Position numbers and translations under genes: made by a program. Below are positions 1 through 8,466 of a stretch of DNA of 64,000 nucleotides, one piece after another. Origin of the DNA: Parvularculaceae bacterium. GTDB taxonomy: Bacteria; Pseudomonadota; Alphaproteobacteria; Caulobacterales; Parvularculaceae. Position 1 is the stretch's first letter. The number at the start of each line of letters is the position of its first letter. A model generated the notes under the pieces. The model saw only the letters and a list, made by a program, of their open reading frames with translations. It had not been told where the DNA came from and ran no database searches. The stretch lies in the NCBI GenBank assembly GCA_013215175.1, contig JABSRH010000001.1, forward strand, positions 1,138-65,137, written 5' to 3'.

Positions 1-1
1 G

Positions 2-316
2 GATGATGATGGCAAGGTTTTCTATCGCCAGCGCATCCATTTCTCGTGGCAGGATGGTCGCGACCGCCATGACGTCTTCGAAGGCATACCCAAAGATGGC
101 GCCCTTTGGTACGATACACCCACTTTCCACGGTAAGAGTTGGGAGGCGGGTGACGGTGTGATCCTTCTCAACCTTCAGCGCAAAGATGAGCCGGGCGCAC
201 ACTTTTTCGAGATTATCGCCATGGGTACGAACGGTCATCGTGCACGCACTTGGCATTGGTTTCGCGAGGGACAACTCTATCGTCGAACGCTCTGCGACGA
301 ACGTCGCGTGGACTAA
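2..316 (+). CDS. 5'-truncated conserved protein, DUF3598-like beta-barrel (partial)
   Basis: Open frame from position 2 to TAA at 314-316, not in the ORF track: DDDGKVFYRQRIHFSWQDGRDRHDVFEG...HRARTWHWFREGQLYRRTLCDERRVD. Alternating beta-strand pattern. The family name is from recollection. Confidence 0.7.
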   Translation, partial: DDDGKVFYRQRIHFSWQDGRDRHDVFEGIPKDGALWYDTPTFHGKSWEAGDGVILLNLQRKDEPGAHFFEIIAMGTNGHRARTWHWFREGQLYRRTLCDERRVD

Positions 317-1026
317 GGGCGCTTGCGTTCCAGTCGAATTTCGTAGGCGAAGCGACCTGCCGGATGCAGACTTTCCGATAAAAGAACAATGCTGCCTGAT
401 GCGTTGCGATAGCGCCGCGTGGTTCGCAGCGCGGCGCTATGAGGCGGGACGCCCAGCCGCTGTGCCTCAGCGGCGTTCAGCATGGCCGCTTCCATCCGTT
501 GCGTGACCTTGACGATGGACACCCGGTGTTTTTGCTCAAGCCATTCGGAAACCGGCCCGGAGAGTTGCGACAACTCAGCCGCACCAAGAGCATATCGTTC
601 CGATAGCAGAACGGTCGTGATCGCTTGGGCGGGCTCATCGGCAACGCGCCGTAGGCCGACATATTCTCTGAATTCACCCGTCAGGCCAAATCGGTCGAGT
701 AAAGCAGGCGCTGCCGACCCCTCATGAAAGATCGTGAGTTTGGCGTCGCGTGCGTACTGTAGAATGGAGTCAAAGTCGCCGATGGTTTGGGCAAACGCTG
801 GGGCTTTGCGGCCAGCCACGATCGTCCCAGCGCCCCGTCGCCGCTCAATCAACCCATCTTCAGTCAGAATGCGAAGGGCCTCGCGGGCCGTATGCCGCGA
901 AACATCGTGCTCGGCGCAAATCTCCATCTCGGTGGGTAACGCTGCACCTGGCTTCAGGCGAGCGTTCAGGATGTCTTGCCGAAGAACATCAGCAAGCTGT
1001 CGATATCGTGGTGGTGCCGCGCTCAC
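313..1026 (-). CDS. GntR family (HutC/UTRA) transcriptional regulator
   Basis: wHTH 'LPTEMEICAEHDVSRHTAREAL...RRRGAGT' followed by a UTRA domain. The likely start is GTG 1026, overlapping the upstream TGA (the ORF track gives 1053). Confidence 0.92.
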   Translation of the reverse strand: MSAAPPRYRQLADVLRQDILNARLKPGAALPTEMEICAEHDVSRHTAREALRILTEDGLIERRRGAGTIVAGRKAPAFAQTIGDFDSILQYARDAKLTIFHEGSAAPALLDRFGLTGEFREYVGLRRVADEPAQAITTVLLSERYALGAAELSQLSGPVSEWLEQKHRVSIVKVTQRMEAAMLNAAEAQRLGVPPHSAALRTTRRYRNASGSIVLLSESLHPAGRFAYEIRLERKRP

Positions 1027-2291
1027 GCCATGTCCTTGCGCATCCTGTCCCAATCATTCGAGAGCTTATCGCGAAACGCGGGATCGGCAACACTGATAAG
1101 CGCCTCGGCGCGTTGGTCGATCGATAGACCCGCTAGTCGAGCGATGCCGTGCTCTGTCACCACGATGTCCACGTCCTGGCGAGCCACCGCCACAGCGTTG
1201 GGATCTAGCCGAGGCACAATGCGGCTAAGCGTGCCTTTCCTGGCAGTGGATGACAGAGCCAAGATGCCCGAACCGCCTGGGCTGAGCTGGGCACCGCGAA
1301 GAAAATCCACCAATCCGCCGGTACCAGAGACTTGGCGCGTGCCGATGAATTCACCATTCACCTGCCCGAAGAGGTCCACGGATAGGCAGGAATTGATCGC
1401 CTTAAAGCGTGGGATCGCCGATAATGTCGCGATGGTGTGGGTGTGCTCGACAGGGCGGAACTGCGTCGAACGATCCTCTGCCAGTCGCTGGTAAAGCTGA
1501 TCGGTGCCGATGGCGACGCCCGTCGTTATGGCACCTGGGCTTTCATCGAGAGCGCCCCGATCCAGCAAGCCCAGCACGGGATCGGAGACCATGCCTGAGT
1601 GGATACGTAGATGTTGGTGATCGGACAAAGCCTCGAGCACGGCCTGTTGAACCGTGCCTAAGCCGAACTGGAGGGTGTCCCCGTCATCGATCAGTGAGGC
1701 AACGTGGTGCCCAAGCTGAGTGAAGGCTGGCGTAAGGTGAGAGGGAGCGATCTGCAGGAGGGGAGTGTCGGCAGCTATGATCTCGACAAAGCGTGTGCGC
1801 GGTATGCGGACTGTATTGTGTGGGTTCGGCATGGCGACGTTTGCGATGGCCAAAGCCGGAACGTCGGATCGAGCGAGGGGTAATCCGCTGAAGTCGGCGG
1901 AAACGCCTAGAGAGAGGGCATCATCGCCATCATCGCCAGCCGTCATCACAATAGCGCCGTCCAGCGGCGTGGCGTTTAGCCAGCCAACGCTCTGCGTATA
2001 GCTCAGTGGTCTGAAGGAAAAGGCGTTGCGACCGAATGCAGCTTGCGTTGCTGGCGTGACGAAGATGCTCTCCGACCGGGCACTGTCGTGGAACAGGGTC
2101 CAATCGACTTGGTTCACCCCAGGTATCCAGATGCCCAAGAACGTCACGCCATCGGCCCATTCGGGGTGCCGCTCGAGAAATGACGCGAGCGCCAGCGGCT
2201 CGCCAGAGCACCCAGCGACGTAAATCCGAGCTGCTTTGGGCAGCCGTCGGCGGAACCGCCAGAGGGCTTCATCGAATGAGGACATAGGCAC
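1023..2291 (-). CDS. Acetyl-CoA hydrolase/transferase family (4-hydroxybutyrate CoA-transferase-like)
   Basis: Motifs DGDTLQFGLG, SGTGGLVDF and VDIVVTEHGIA. An alternative start is ATG 2285. Confidence 0.88.
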   Translation of the reverse strand: MPMSSFDEALWRFRRRLPKAARIYVAGCSGEPLALASFLERHPEWADGVTFLGIWIPGVNQVDWTLFHDSARSESIFVTPATQAAFGRNAFSFRPLSYTQSVGWLNATPLDGAIVMTAGDDGDDALSLGVSADFSGLPLARSDVPALAIANVAMPNPHNTVRIPRTRFVEIIAADTPLLQIAPSHLTPAFTQLGHHVASLIDDGDTLQFGLGTVQQAVLEALSDHQHLRIHSGMVSDPVLGLLDRGALDESPGAITTGVAIGTDQLYQRLAEDRSTQFRPVEHTHTIATLSAIPRFKAINSCLSVDLFGQVNGEFIGTRQVSGTGGLVDFLRGAQLSPGGSGILALSSTARKGTLSRIVPRLDPNAVAVARQDVDIVVTEHGIARLAGLSIDQRAEALISVADPAFRDKLSNDWDRMRKDMA

Positions 2292-2347
2292 TGAAAATAG
2301 CTCTCCTCAAGGGTTTCAGTACGGCTTTGGTCATGCTAGCAAATGAA

Positions 2348-2363
2348 ATATGTCCGGACAAAT
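2348..2363. promoter_or_regulatory. Near-perfect palindrome ATATGTCCGGACAAAT, candidate GntR operator in a divergent promoter
   Basis: TGTCCGGACA core with A/T flanks, located between the divergent CoA-transferase and MmgE genes. Confidence 0.6.
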
Positions 2364-3642
2364 GCCACGTCCTACCATCCTCGAGCGGCTCGCCGAACAG
2401 TTGGCGAAACCCATCGATGACCGTACACGCGAGCGGGCGCGTTGGCACCTCCTCGATTGGCTCGGGTGTGCTGCAGCGGGTAAGGTGGCGAGCGTCGGCG
2501 GTGTGTTTCTGAGCCGCGAAGGTCAGTCTGCGTCGGACAAGGCTTTCGCCTGGGGCGCGCTCGGCAACGTGCTGGAAATGGACGACGTCGACAAGCGTGC
2601 ACTCTTGCATCCTGGCCCTTCCATCGTCCCCGCTGTCCTCGCTGCAGGCATTCATCACGGTGCGGAATTGTCGATGGTGCTTGATGCGATCATCCGCGGT
2701 TACCAGGCGACGATTCAACTGGGCAGAGCCGTTGGCACGGGCCATTATGCGATTTGGCACAATACGGGGACTTGCGGTGTTATCGGTGCAGCGGCTGGTG
2801 TAGCGGCAATTCTTCAGCTGACGACCCAGCAAACCGCCCATGCGATGGCGCTGGCGATGAGCCAAGCTGCCGGCCTCTGGCAAACCCGTCATGAGCCCGC
2901 CAGCATGGGCAAGCAATTGCACACGGCTCATGCTTCACGTGCGGGGCTAGATGCTGCGGTTCTGGCATTTCATAGTGTGATTGGCCCCCTGACGATCCTT
3001 GAGGGCGAGCAGGGTTTCTTTGCTGCCATGTGTCCTGGCGCTGAGCCCAAGCAGGTTCTCGAAGCGTCTGCCGACTGGTTGATCCACGATGTGAGTTTCA
3101 AGCCGTGGCCTGCTTGTCGCCATGCTCATGCGGCGATTGATGCCGCTCTTGAGGCACGATCCTCCGTAGACTGGAGAGATGAGCCTATCACGGTGCACAC
3201 TTATGCCGACGCCGTGAAGTTTTGTGATCAGCCCGACCCGGGTACAACGATCGAGGCCAAGTTCTCTCTCCAGCACGCGGTCGCCGTGACGCTCCTAAAG
3301 GGTGAGCCTGCACTGGCTGACTTCGAAGGAGAAGGGTTCAACGACCCGGAGATTGCTCGGCTGAGGTCTCGCGTTCAGGTCGAAATCGATGAACGGTTCA
3401 ACAGCGCCTATCCCGCGAGGTTCGGCTCTGCGCTGACGATCGGTGATCGCACCATTCGGGTTGATGATGCCTTGGGTGACCCGGAAAATCCTATTTCGCA
3501 AAGCGCCTTAATGAAAAAGGCCTTAGAGCTTCTAGCCTACGGTGGCGTGCCTCCCGCGGCGGCTACTTCCATCACACAGGCAGTGATGTCGGGCACCGAA
3601 TTTTCCGCGATCGCGTCGTCGGTTGAGGAATGGCTCAGATGA
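2362..3642 (+). CDS. MmgE/PrpD family protein (copy 1)
   Basis: Motifs LLDWLGC, LEMDDVD..LLHPG, FKPWPACRHAH and GDPENP. Start is ATG 2350 or 2362. Confidence 0.9.
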   Translation: MPRPTILERLAEQLAKPIDDRTRERARWHLLDWLGCAAAGKVASVGGVFLSREGQSASDKAFAWGALGNVLEMDDVDKRALLHPGPSIVPAVLAAGIHHGAELSMVLDAIIRGYQATIQLGRAVGTGHYAIWHNTGTCGVIGAAAGVAAILQLTTQQTAHAMALAMSQAAGLWQTRHEPASMGKQLHTAHASRAGLDAAVLAFHSVIGPLTILEGEQGFFAAMCPGAEPKQVLEASADWLIHDVSFKPWPACRHAHAAIDAALEARSSVDWRDEPITVHTYADAVKFCDQPDPGTTIEAKFSLQHAVAVTLLKGEPALADFEGEGFNDPEIARLRSRVQVEIDERFNSAYPARFGSALTIGDRTIRVDDALGDPENPISQSALMKKALELLAYGGVPPAAATSITQAVMSGTEFSAIASSVEEWLR

Positions 3643-5009
3643 CTGATCTGCTCGATGCTTTTCTCGATCATGCTGATCGCGTTCGTCGCGATGGCCTTCC
3701 AGCTGAGGCTAAAGCGGCAGCAAAGACGTTTTTGGTCGACAGCTTAGCTGTGGGCATCGCGGGCTCAAAAGCATCGCTTGCTGATGATGTTCTTGGGGCT
3801 GCTCTCGCTTGGGGCGGAGCAGGTCCAGTTCCGCTATTTGGCGCCGAACCTCGTTACACCAACAAAGTGACGGCTGCCTTCGTCAATGGATTTCGTATTC
3901 ATTGCCAGGAATACGATTGCGTGCACGAACCTGCCGTCGTGCACCCCATGGCCACTATCTTTGCAGCGTTGTCGGCGGAGGTCATGGGAGCCGAGGGCGA
4001 AACAAGTGGGCCGAAGTTCCTGTCTGCCATCGCTCTTGCGGTCGATGTTGCGGCGACCCTGGGTGTTGCGGCAAAGAGCGGTATACGGTTCTTCCGGCCG
4101 GCTAATGCTGGTATCTTTGGCGCTACCATGGGCGTTGCGTTCTTGCGCGATCTGTCGGCTGAGCAAACGCGCAACGCCATGGGTTATGCCCTCAGTTTCA
4201 ACAGCGGCACGATGCAACCTCATGTGGAGGGCAAACCTGCGTTGCCGATCCAGATCGGCAACGCAGCTCGCGGCGCAATTATGGCCGTTGATCTCGCAGA
4301 AGCGGGCGTGCCCGGAGCGTTGAACAGTTTGGAGGGGCCATTCGGCTACTTCGCACTGTTCGAGACTGAGGTGAGTACGGAGGGGTTGGCAGAGGCACTA
4401 AGCAAGATTTGGCGCATCACGGAAGTGAGCCATAAGCCCTTTCCCACAGGCCGAGCGGCGCAAGGCGGCATCGTTCTCGCGCAGCGCGCCCGCACAAAGA
4501 TCGATATCGAAGATATTGCAAACATCGAGCTATCAGCACCGCCGTTGATTGAGCGATTGGTCGGGCGCCCTGCGACTTCTGACATGACGGCCAACTATGC
4601 CCGTTTGTGTTTCCCGTTCCTCGCCGCCGTCACGATGCGGCACGGGACGGTGACGTTGGAGCACTTCACCGCCGACGCTTTGGCGAACGCCGAAACGATA
4701 AAGTTGGCCGAGAAATTCTCAGTCCGGAGCAACCACATTCAAGACCCGGCTGCCTTCAACCCGCAAACGCTTACTATAACGCTTCGCTCCGGTGAGCTTG
4801 TTACGGAGACCGCCAGCGAACTTTATGGCTCACCCGATTTCCCCATGACGCCTGAGGCTCAGCGGGAGAAAGTTGAGCAGTGTCTATCATTCGCCCACGG
4901 ACGTCCGATGCCACAACTGGCAGAGAGGATTTGGGGCGTTGCCAAAAACCTCGAAAACCTGACCAATGTCGCCGAGTTTCTTCAGCTCGGCAGCGGTGGA
5001 GAACACTGA
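3639..5009 (+). CDS. MmgE/PrpD family protein (copy 2)
   Basis: Motifs AAFVNG..IHCQEYDCVHE..VVHPM, HKPFPTGRAAQ and GSPDFPM. ATGA overlap with the previous stop. Confidence 0.9.
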   Translation: MTDLLDAFLDHADRVRRDGLPAEAKAAAKTFLVDSLAVGIAGSKASLADDVLGAALAWGGAGPVPLFGAEPRYTNKVTAAFVNGFRIHCQEYDCVHEPAVVHPMATIFAALSAEVMGAEGETSGPKFLSAIALAVDVAATLGVAAKSGIRFFRPANAGIFGATMGVAFLRDLSAEQTRNAMGYALSFNSGTMQPHVEGKPALPIQIGNAARGAIMAVDLAEAGVPGALNSLEGPFGYFALFETEVSTEGLAEALSKIWRITEVSHKPFPTGRAAQGGIVLAQRARTKIDIEDIANIELSAPPLIERLVGRPATSDMTANYARLCFPFLAAVTMRHGTVTLEHFTADALANAETIKLAEKFSVRSNHIQDPAAFNPQTLTITLRSGELVTETASELYGSPDFPMTPEAQREKVEQCLSFAHGRPMPQLAERIWGVAKNLENLTNVAEFLQLGSGGEH

Positions 5010-5012
5010 ACC

Positions 5013-6404
5013 ATGGCTGACCACAATACCTACTTCAACAGTGTCGATTGGAATGCGCTGCAAGCTGATCATCCGATCGGTGATGCGTTTGTCCAGTTCG
5101 CCAAGAGAAGTACTGACGAAATCCGAGCTCACCAGGAGCGCCTTTTCGCGCGATGTGTGGAGCGTGCTTGGCAGATTCCGTTTTACCAACGTCTGTGGGG
5201 CAACGCCGGTATTCAGTCCGGGGATATCAAAGGCCTAGAGACCCTGCCAGCGCTGCCCTCGTTCGACAAATCCGACATCATGGATTCCATCGCCCTGCAG
5301 CCACCATTCGGCGACTTTGGCGGTATGGAAACCATGCCCGGGGGTCGCCCCCCGGTTATCATGCACACCACCTCCGGAACTACAGGTACGCCGCAAGTAC
5401 TTTTGTTCGGTGCGAAGAGCCGGGAGGCACAGAACCTTCTCCTGGGCCGACTTTACCGTTTCCAGGGTCTTCGTCCTGATGATGTAGTTCACTCTGTATA
5501 CGGTCATGGCATGATCAATGGCGGCCATTATGTGCGCGAAGCCGTCACTCACTGGACCTCAGCGATTTTCATGTCCGCCGGTACCGGTGTAGAAACGCGG
5601 TCCGTGAGGCAGGTCGAGCTGATGAGGGACTTCGGGACTACAGCCATTGTGGGGTTTGCGGATTATATTAAGAAGCTCGCAAACGTAGCAAAAGAGCAAG
5701 GTATCGATCCCGTCAAAGATCTTAATATCCGCATGATTTCAGGTCACTTGGGTAGAGAGGACAAGGCAAGTCTATCCGAAAGTTGGGGCGGTGCGGATTG
5801 CTTTGACTGGTACGGCGTCGGTGACACAGGCTGCATTGCAGGCGAGGGACCAGATCGCGATGGCCTTTATGTTATGGAGGATGCTCAGTTCCTCGAGGTT
5901 TGCGACATCGACACGGGCCAGCCAGTCGCGGATGGCAGCGACGGAGACATGGTGTGCACCTGTCTTTATAAGGATGATATCTATCCAATCATTCGCTTCA
6001 ATACCCATGATGTCACGCGGGTCCGGACCGGACAGTCCAGCCTAGGTCTGAATTTCAAACGCATCGAAGGCTTCCTCGGCCGGTCCGACAACATGGTGAA
6101 GATCCGTGGGATCAATATTTTCCCTCAGGCCATGGGACCAATTCTTGAAGAGTTGGACGTGTTCACCGGTGAGTTCATTTGCAAGGCTGTGCGCGATGGT
6201 GCGGGGCGTGATGAATTTACTGTGTGTGCGGAAGTTCAAGGCCCGGTCAATGAGCAGGTCGAGGGTCAGTTCAAATCACTGCTGAAGCAGCGCATTGGCA
6301 TTGACTGTGGCGTCGAGTTGTCGGCTCCAGGCAGCCTGGCAGACTTGACCCAAACTGAAGTGCGACAGAAGCCGATCCGATTGATTGATAGGCGCTTTTC
6401 ATGA
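5013..6404 (+). CDS. Phenylacetate-CoA ligase (PaaK/F390-like) family adenylating enzyme
   Basis: HTTSGTTG P-loop, IIRFNTHD and GRSDNMVKIRGINIFP motifs. Confidence 0.9.
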   Translation: MADHNTYFNSVDWNALQADHPIGDAFVQFAKRSTDEIRAHQERLFARCVERAWQIPFYQRLWGNAGIQSGDIKGLETLPALPSFDKSDIMDSIALQPPFGDFGGMETMPGGRPPVIMHTTSGTTGTPQVLLFGAKSREAQNLLLGRLYRFQGLRPDDVVHSVYGHGMINGGHYVREAVTHWTSAIFMSAGTGVETRSVRQVELMRDFGTTAIVGFADYIKKLANVAKEQGIDPVKDLNIRMISGHLGREDKASLSESWGGADCFDWYGVGDTGCIAGEGPDRDGLYVMEDAQFLEVCDIDTGQPVADGSDGDMVCTCLYKDDIYPIIRFNTHDVTRVRTGQSSLGLNFKRIEGFLGRSDNMVKIRGINIFPQAMGPILEELDVFTGEFICKAVRDGAGRDEFTVCAEVQGPVNEQVEGQFKSLLKQRIGIDCGVELSAPGSLADLTQTEVRQKPIRLIDRRFS

Positions 6405-7702
6405 TTCCCTCCGAACGGCTGGAGCATTATCGTCAGCGTATAGAGCGCTTCAATCCGTCATTAAATGCGGTCCTCGATACGCGATGGCCGGATGCTGATG
6501 CTGAAGCGCAGGCATCCGATAAACGCTATGAGGCTGGCCAACCTCTATCGGCTATTGATGGTTGGTGTGTTGCCATCAAATCCAACATCGCCATCAAAGG
6601 CCTGCCGTTCCATGCTGGCATTGCCGCTTACAGCCAGGACATAGCGCCTAATGACGCCGAAGTGGTCAGGCGGTTGAAGCAGGCCGGTGTAGTGATTATC
6701 GGTACCGTGAACATGCACGAAGGTGCGCTCGGTGCTACCACGGACAACGAGACCTTTGGGCGCACTCACAACCCTTGGGGTGAAGGTCGCACGCCAGGTG
6801 GATCGAGTGGTGGGTCCGGCGCCGCCGTGGCTGCTGGTCTTTGCGATTTCGCACTTGGTAGTGATACAATGGGATCGGTCCGTATTCCATCAGCCTACTG
6901 TGGGGTACAGGGCCTAAAGCCGACCACGGGCCTTGTCCCCACGAGCGGCGTGCTGGACTTGTCACCCAGCCTCGATCACGTCGGCCCCCATGCCCGGTCT
7001 GTGGATGCCCTGGCTCAAGCGACAGCTGTGTTGGCCAACACGACGATCTCGACCGAGGCGATGAGCTTTCAAGGCCTGCAAGTTGGGGTGTGGCGTGGTC
7101 TGACGGAAGTTGAGACTCAAGCAGATGTCTTAGAAGCGCTGGAGAGGGCGGTTAGCCTTTTGAGAGAGGCAGGTGCCGATACCCAAACCGTGGAACCTGA
7201 GGGCTATGGCTACGGGAAAACCCGGCGCGCTGGTCTGCTTGTCTCCGAAGTCGAAGGTTATGCAATCCATGCGGAGCGCCTAGCATCGAACCCTGATGGT
7301 TTCTCCAACACCTTCCGCGGCTTGCTTCAGTGGGGTTACCAGCAACCCCAAGCCAAGCTCGAGGCTGCGCGAGAACATCTTGCCACGGTGCAGCAGCAAG
7401 CCAGTAAGACGTTCACGGACGTTGACGTCGTCATCGCACCGACAGCCCCGCAGGTCGCCTTTCGTTTTTCTGACGACGTACCGGCCGACCAGGCTGATTT
7501 CACCGCCTGGGCGAACATCGCAGGCTTACCGGCGATTTCACTGTTTGCCGGGCTCACCTCGAATGGTCTGCCAACATCCGTTCAACTAATTGGTAAGCCG
7601 GGTACTGATGAGCAGTTGTTGAGTCTGGCGAGGTCGCTCGAGGAGCTGTTCGGTCAACCGTCTTGGCCACCCGGCTTTGAGACAGCGTTGCCCGGGAACT
7701 GA
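6401..7702 (+). CDS. Amidase signature family protein
   Basis: IKSNI, GGSSGGS and GSDTMGSVRIP give the Lys-cisSer-Ser triad. Confidence 0.92.
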   Translation: MIPSERLEHYRQRIERFNPSLNAVLDTRWPDADAEAQASDKRYEAGQPLSAIDGWCVAIKSNIAIKGLPFHAGIAAYSQDIAPNDAEVVRRLKQAGVVIIGTVNMHEGALGATTDNETFGRTHNPWGEGRTPGGSSGGSGAAVAAGLCDFALGSDTMGSVRIPSAYCGVQGLKPTTGLVPTSGVLDLSPSLDHVGPHARSVDALAQATAVLANTTISTEAMSFQGLQVGVWRGLTEVETQADVLEALERAVSLLREAGADTQTVEPEGYGYGKTRRAGLLVSEVEGYAIHAERLASNPDGFSNTFRGLLQWGYQQPQAKLEAAREHLATVQQQASKTFTDVDVVIAPTAPQVAFRFSDDVPADQADFTAWANIAGLPAISLFAGLTSNGLPTSVQLIGKPGTDEQLLSLARSLEELFGQPSWPPGFETALPGN

Positions 7703-8466
7703 GGCGCGCGCTTCTCGAGGAAGGCTTTGTAGCCCTCCTGAAAATCTTCTCCGCCGAGCGCTTGGAGAAACAAATCCATGGCCTCAGGGGTGTCATCACT
7801 CCAGCCTTCGTTCAGCCCTCGGATCATGGCTTTGCTTGATCGGACAGAGGATTGTGCGGTTTTGCTCACCTGATCTGCCCAAGCTTTTGCGGCATTTAGC
7901 GCGCCACCCGCTGGCAAGAGGTGGTCAATGAAACCCATCCGTACCGCGTCTTCATGGTCGATAATGCGGCCAGAGAAGAGCAGGTCCTTTGCGTTCGTGG
8001 CACCGACCACGCTCATCAGTCTTCGCGTGTCCGCTGGTGAGTAGAGCAGGCCAAGCTTTCCAGGAGTGACCCCAAATTTAGATCCGTGTCCTGCAAAACG
8101 AAGATCGCAAGCTGCTGCGACGCTAACACCGCCACCGACGCACGCCCCTTCAATTGAAGCGATGGTGGGCTTCGGGCAATCTTCGATGGCCTGGACGGCC
8201 GCCGCTAAGATAGCGCTGGTTTCCGCCGAACGCTCGGGCGTGGCGTAGATTTCAGCGAACTCGGAAATATCCGCACCCGCTGCAAAGGCTCCAGCATCGC
8301 CGCCATGGATGATGAGGACGCTGACGGAATGGTCCCTCACGGCCTCGGTAATCAATTGGGGGATCGCGTGCCACATGGCCAAACACAACGCATTGCGCCT
8401 GGCTGGCTTGTTCAGGATGATCTGGGCGATACCGTCGGTTTTCTGAAGGTAGATCAACTCGGTCAC
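7654..8466 (-). CDS. Enoyl-CoA hydratase/isomerase (crotonase)
   Basis: Motifs AFAAGADISEF, KPTIASIEGACVGGG and C-terminal AFLEKRAPQF. Confidence 0.92.
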   Translation of the reverse strand: MTELIYLQKTDGIAQIILNKPARRNALCLAMWHAIPQLITEAVRDHSVSVLIIHGGDAGAFAAGADISEFAEIYATPERSAETSAILAAAVQAIEDCPKPTIASIEGACVGGGVSVAAACDLRFAGHGSKFGVTPGKLGLLYSPADTRRLMSVVGATNAKDLLFSGRIIDHEDAVRMGFIDHLLPAGGALNAAKAWADQVSKTAQSSVRSSKAMIRGLNEGWSDDTPEAMDLFLQALGGEDFQEGYKAFLEKRAPQFPGNAVSKPGGQDG

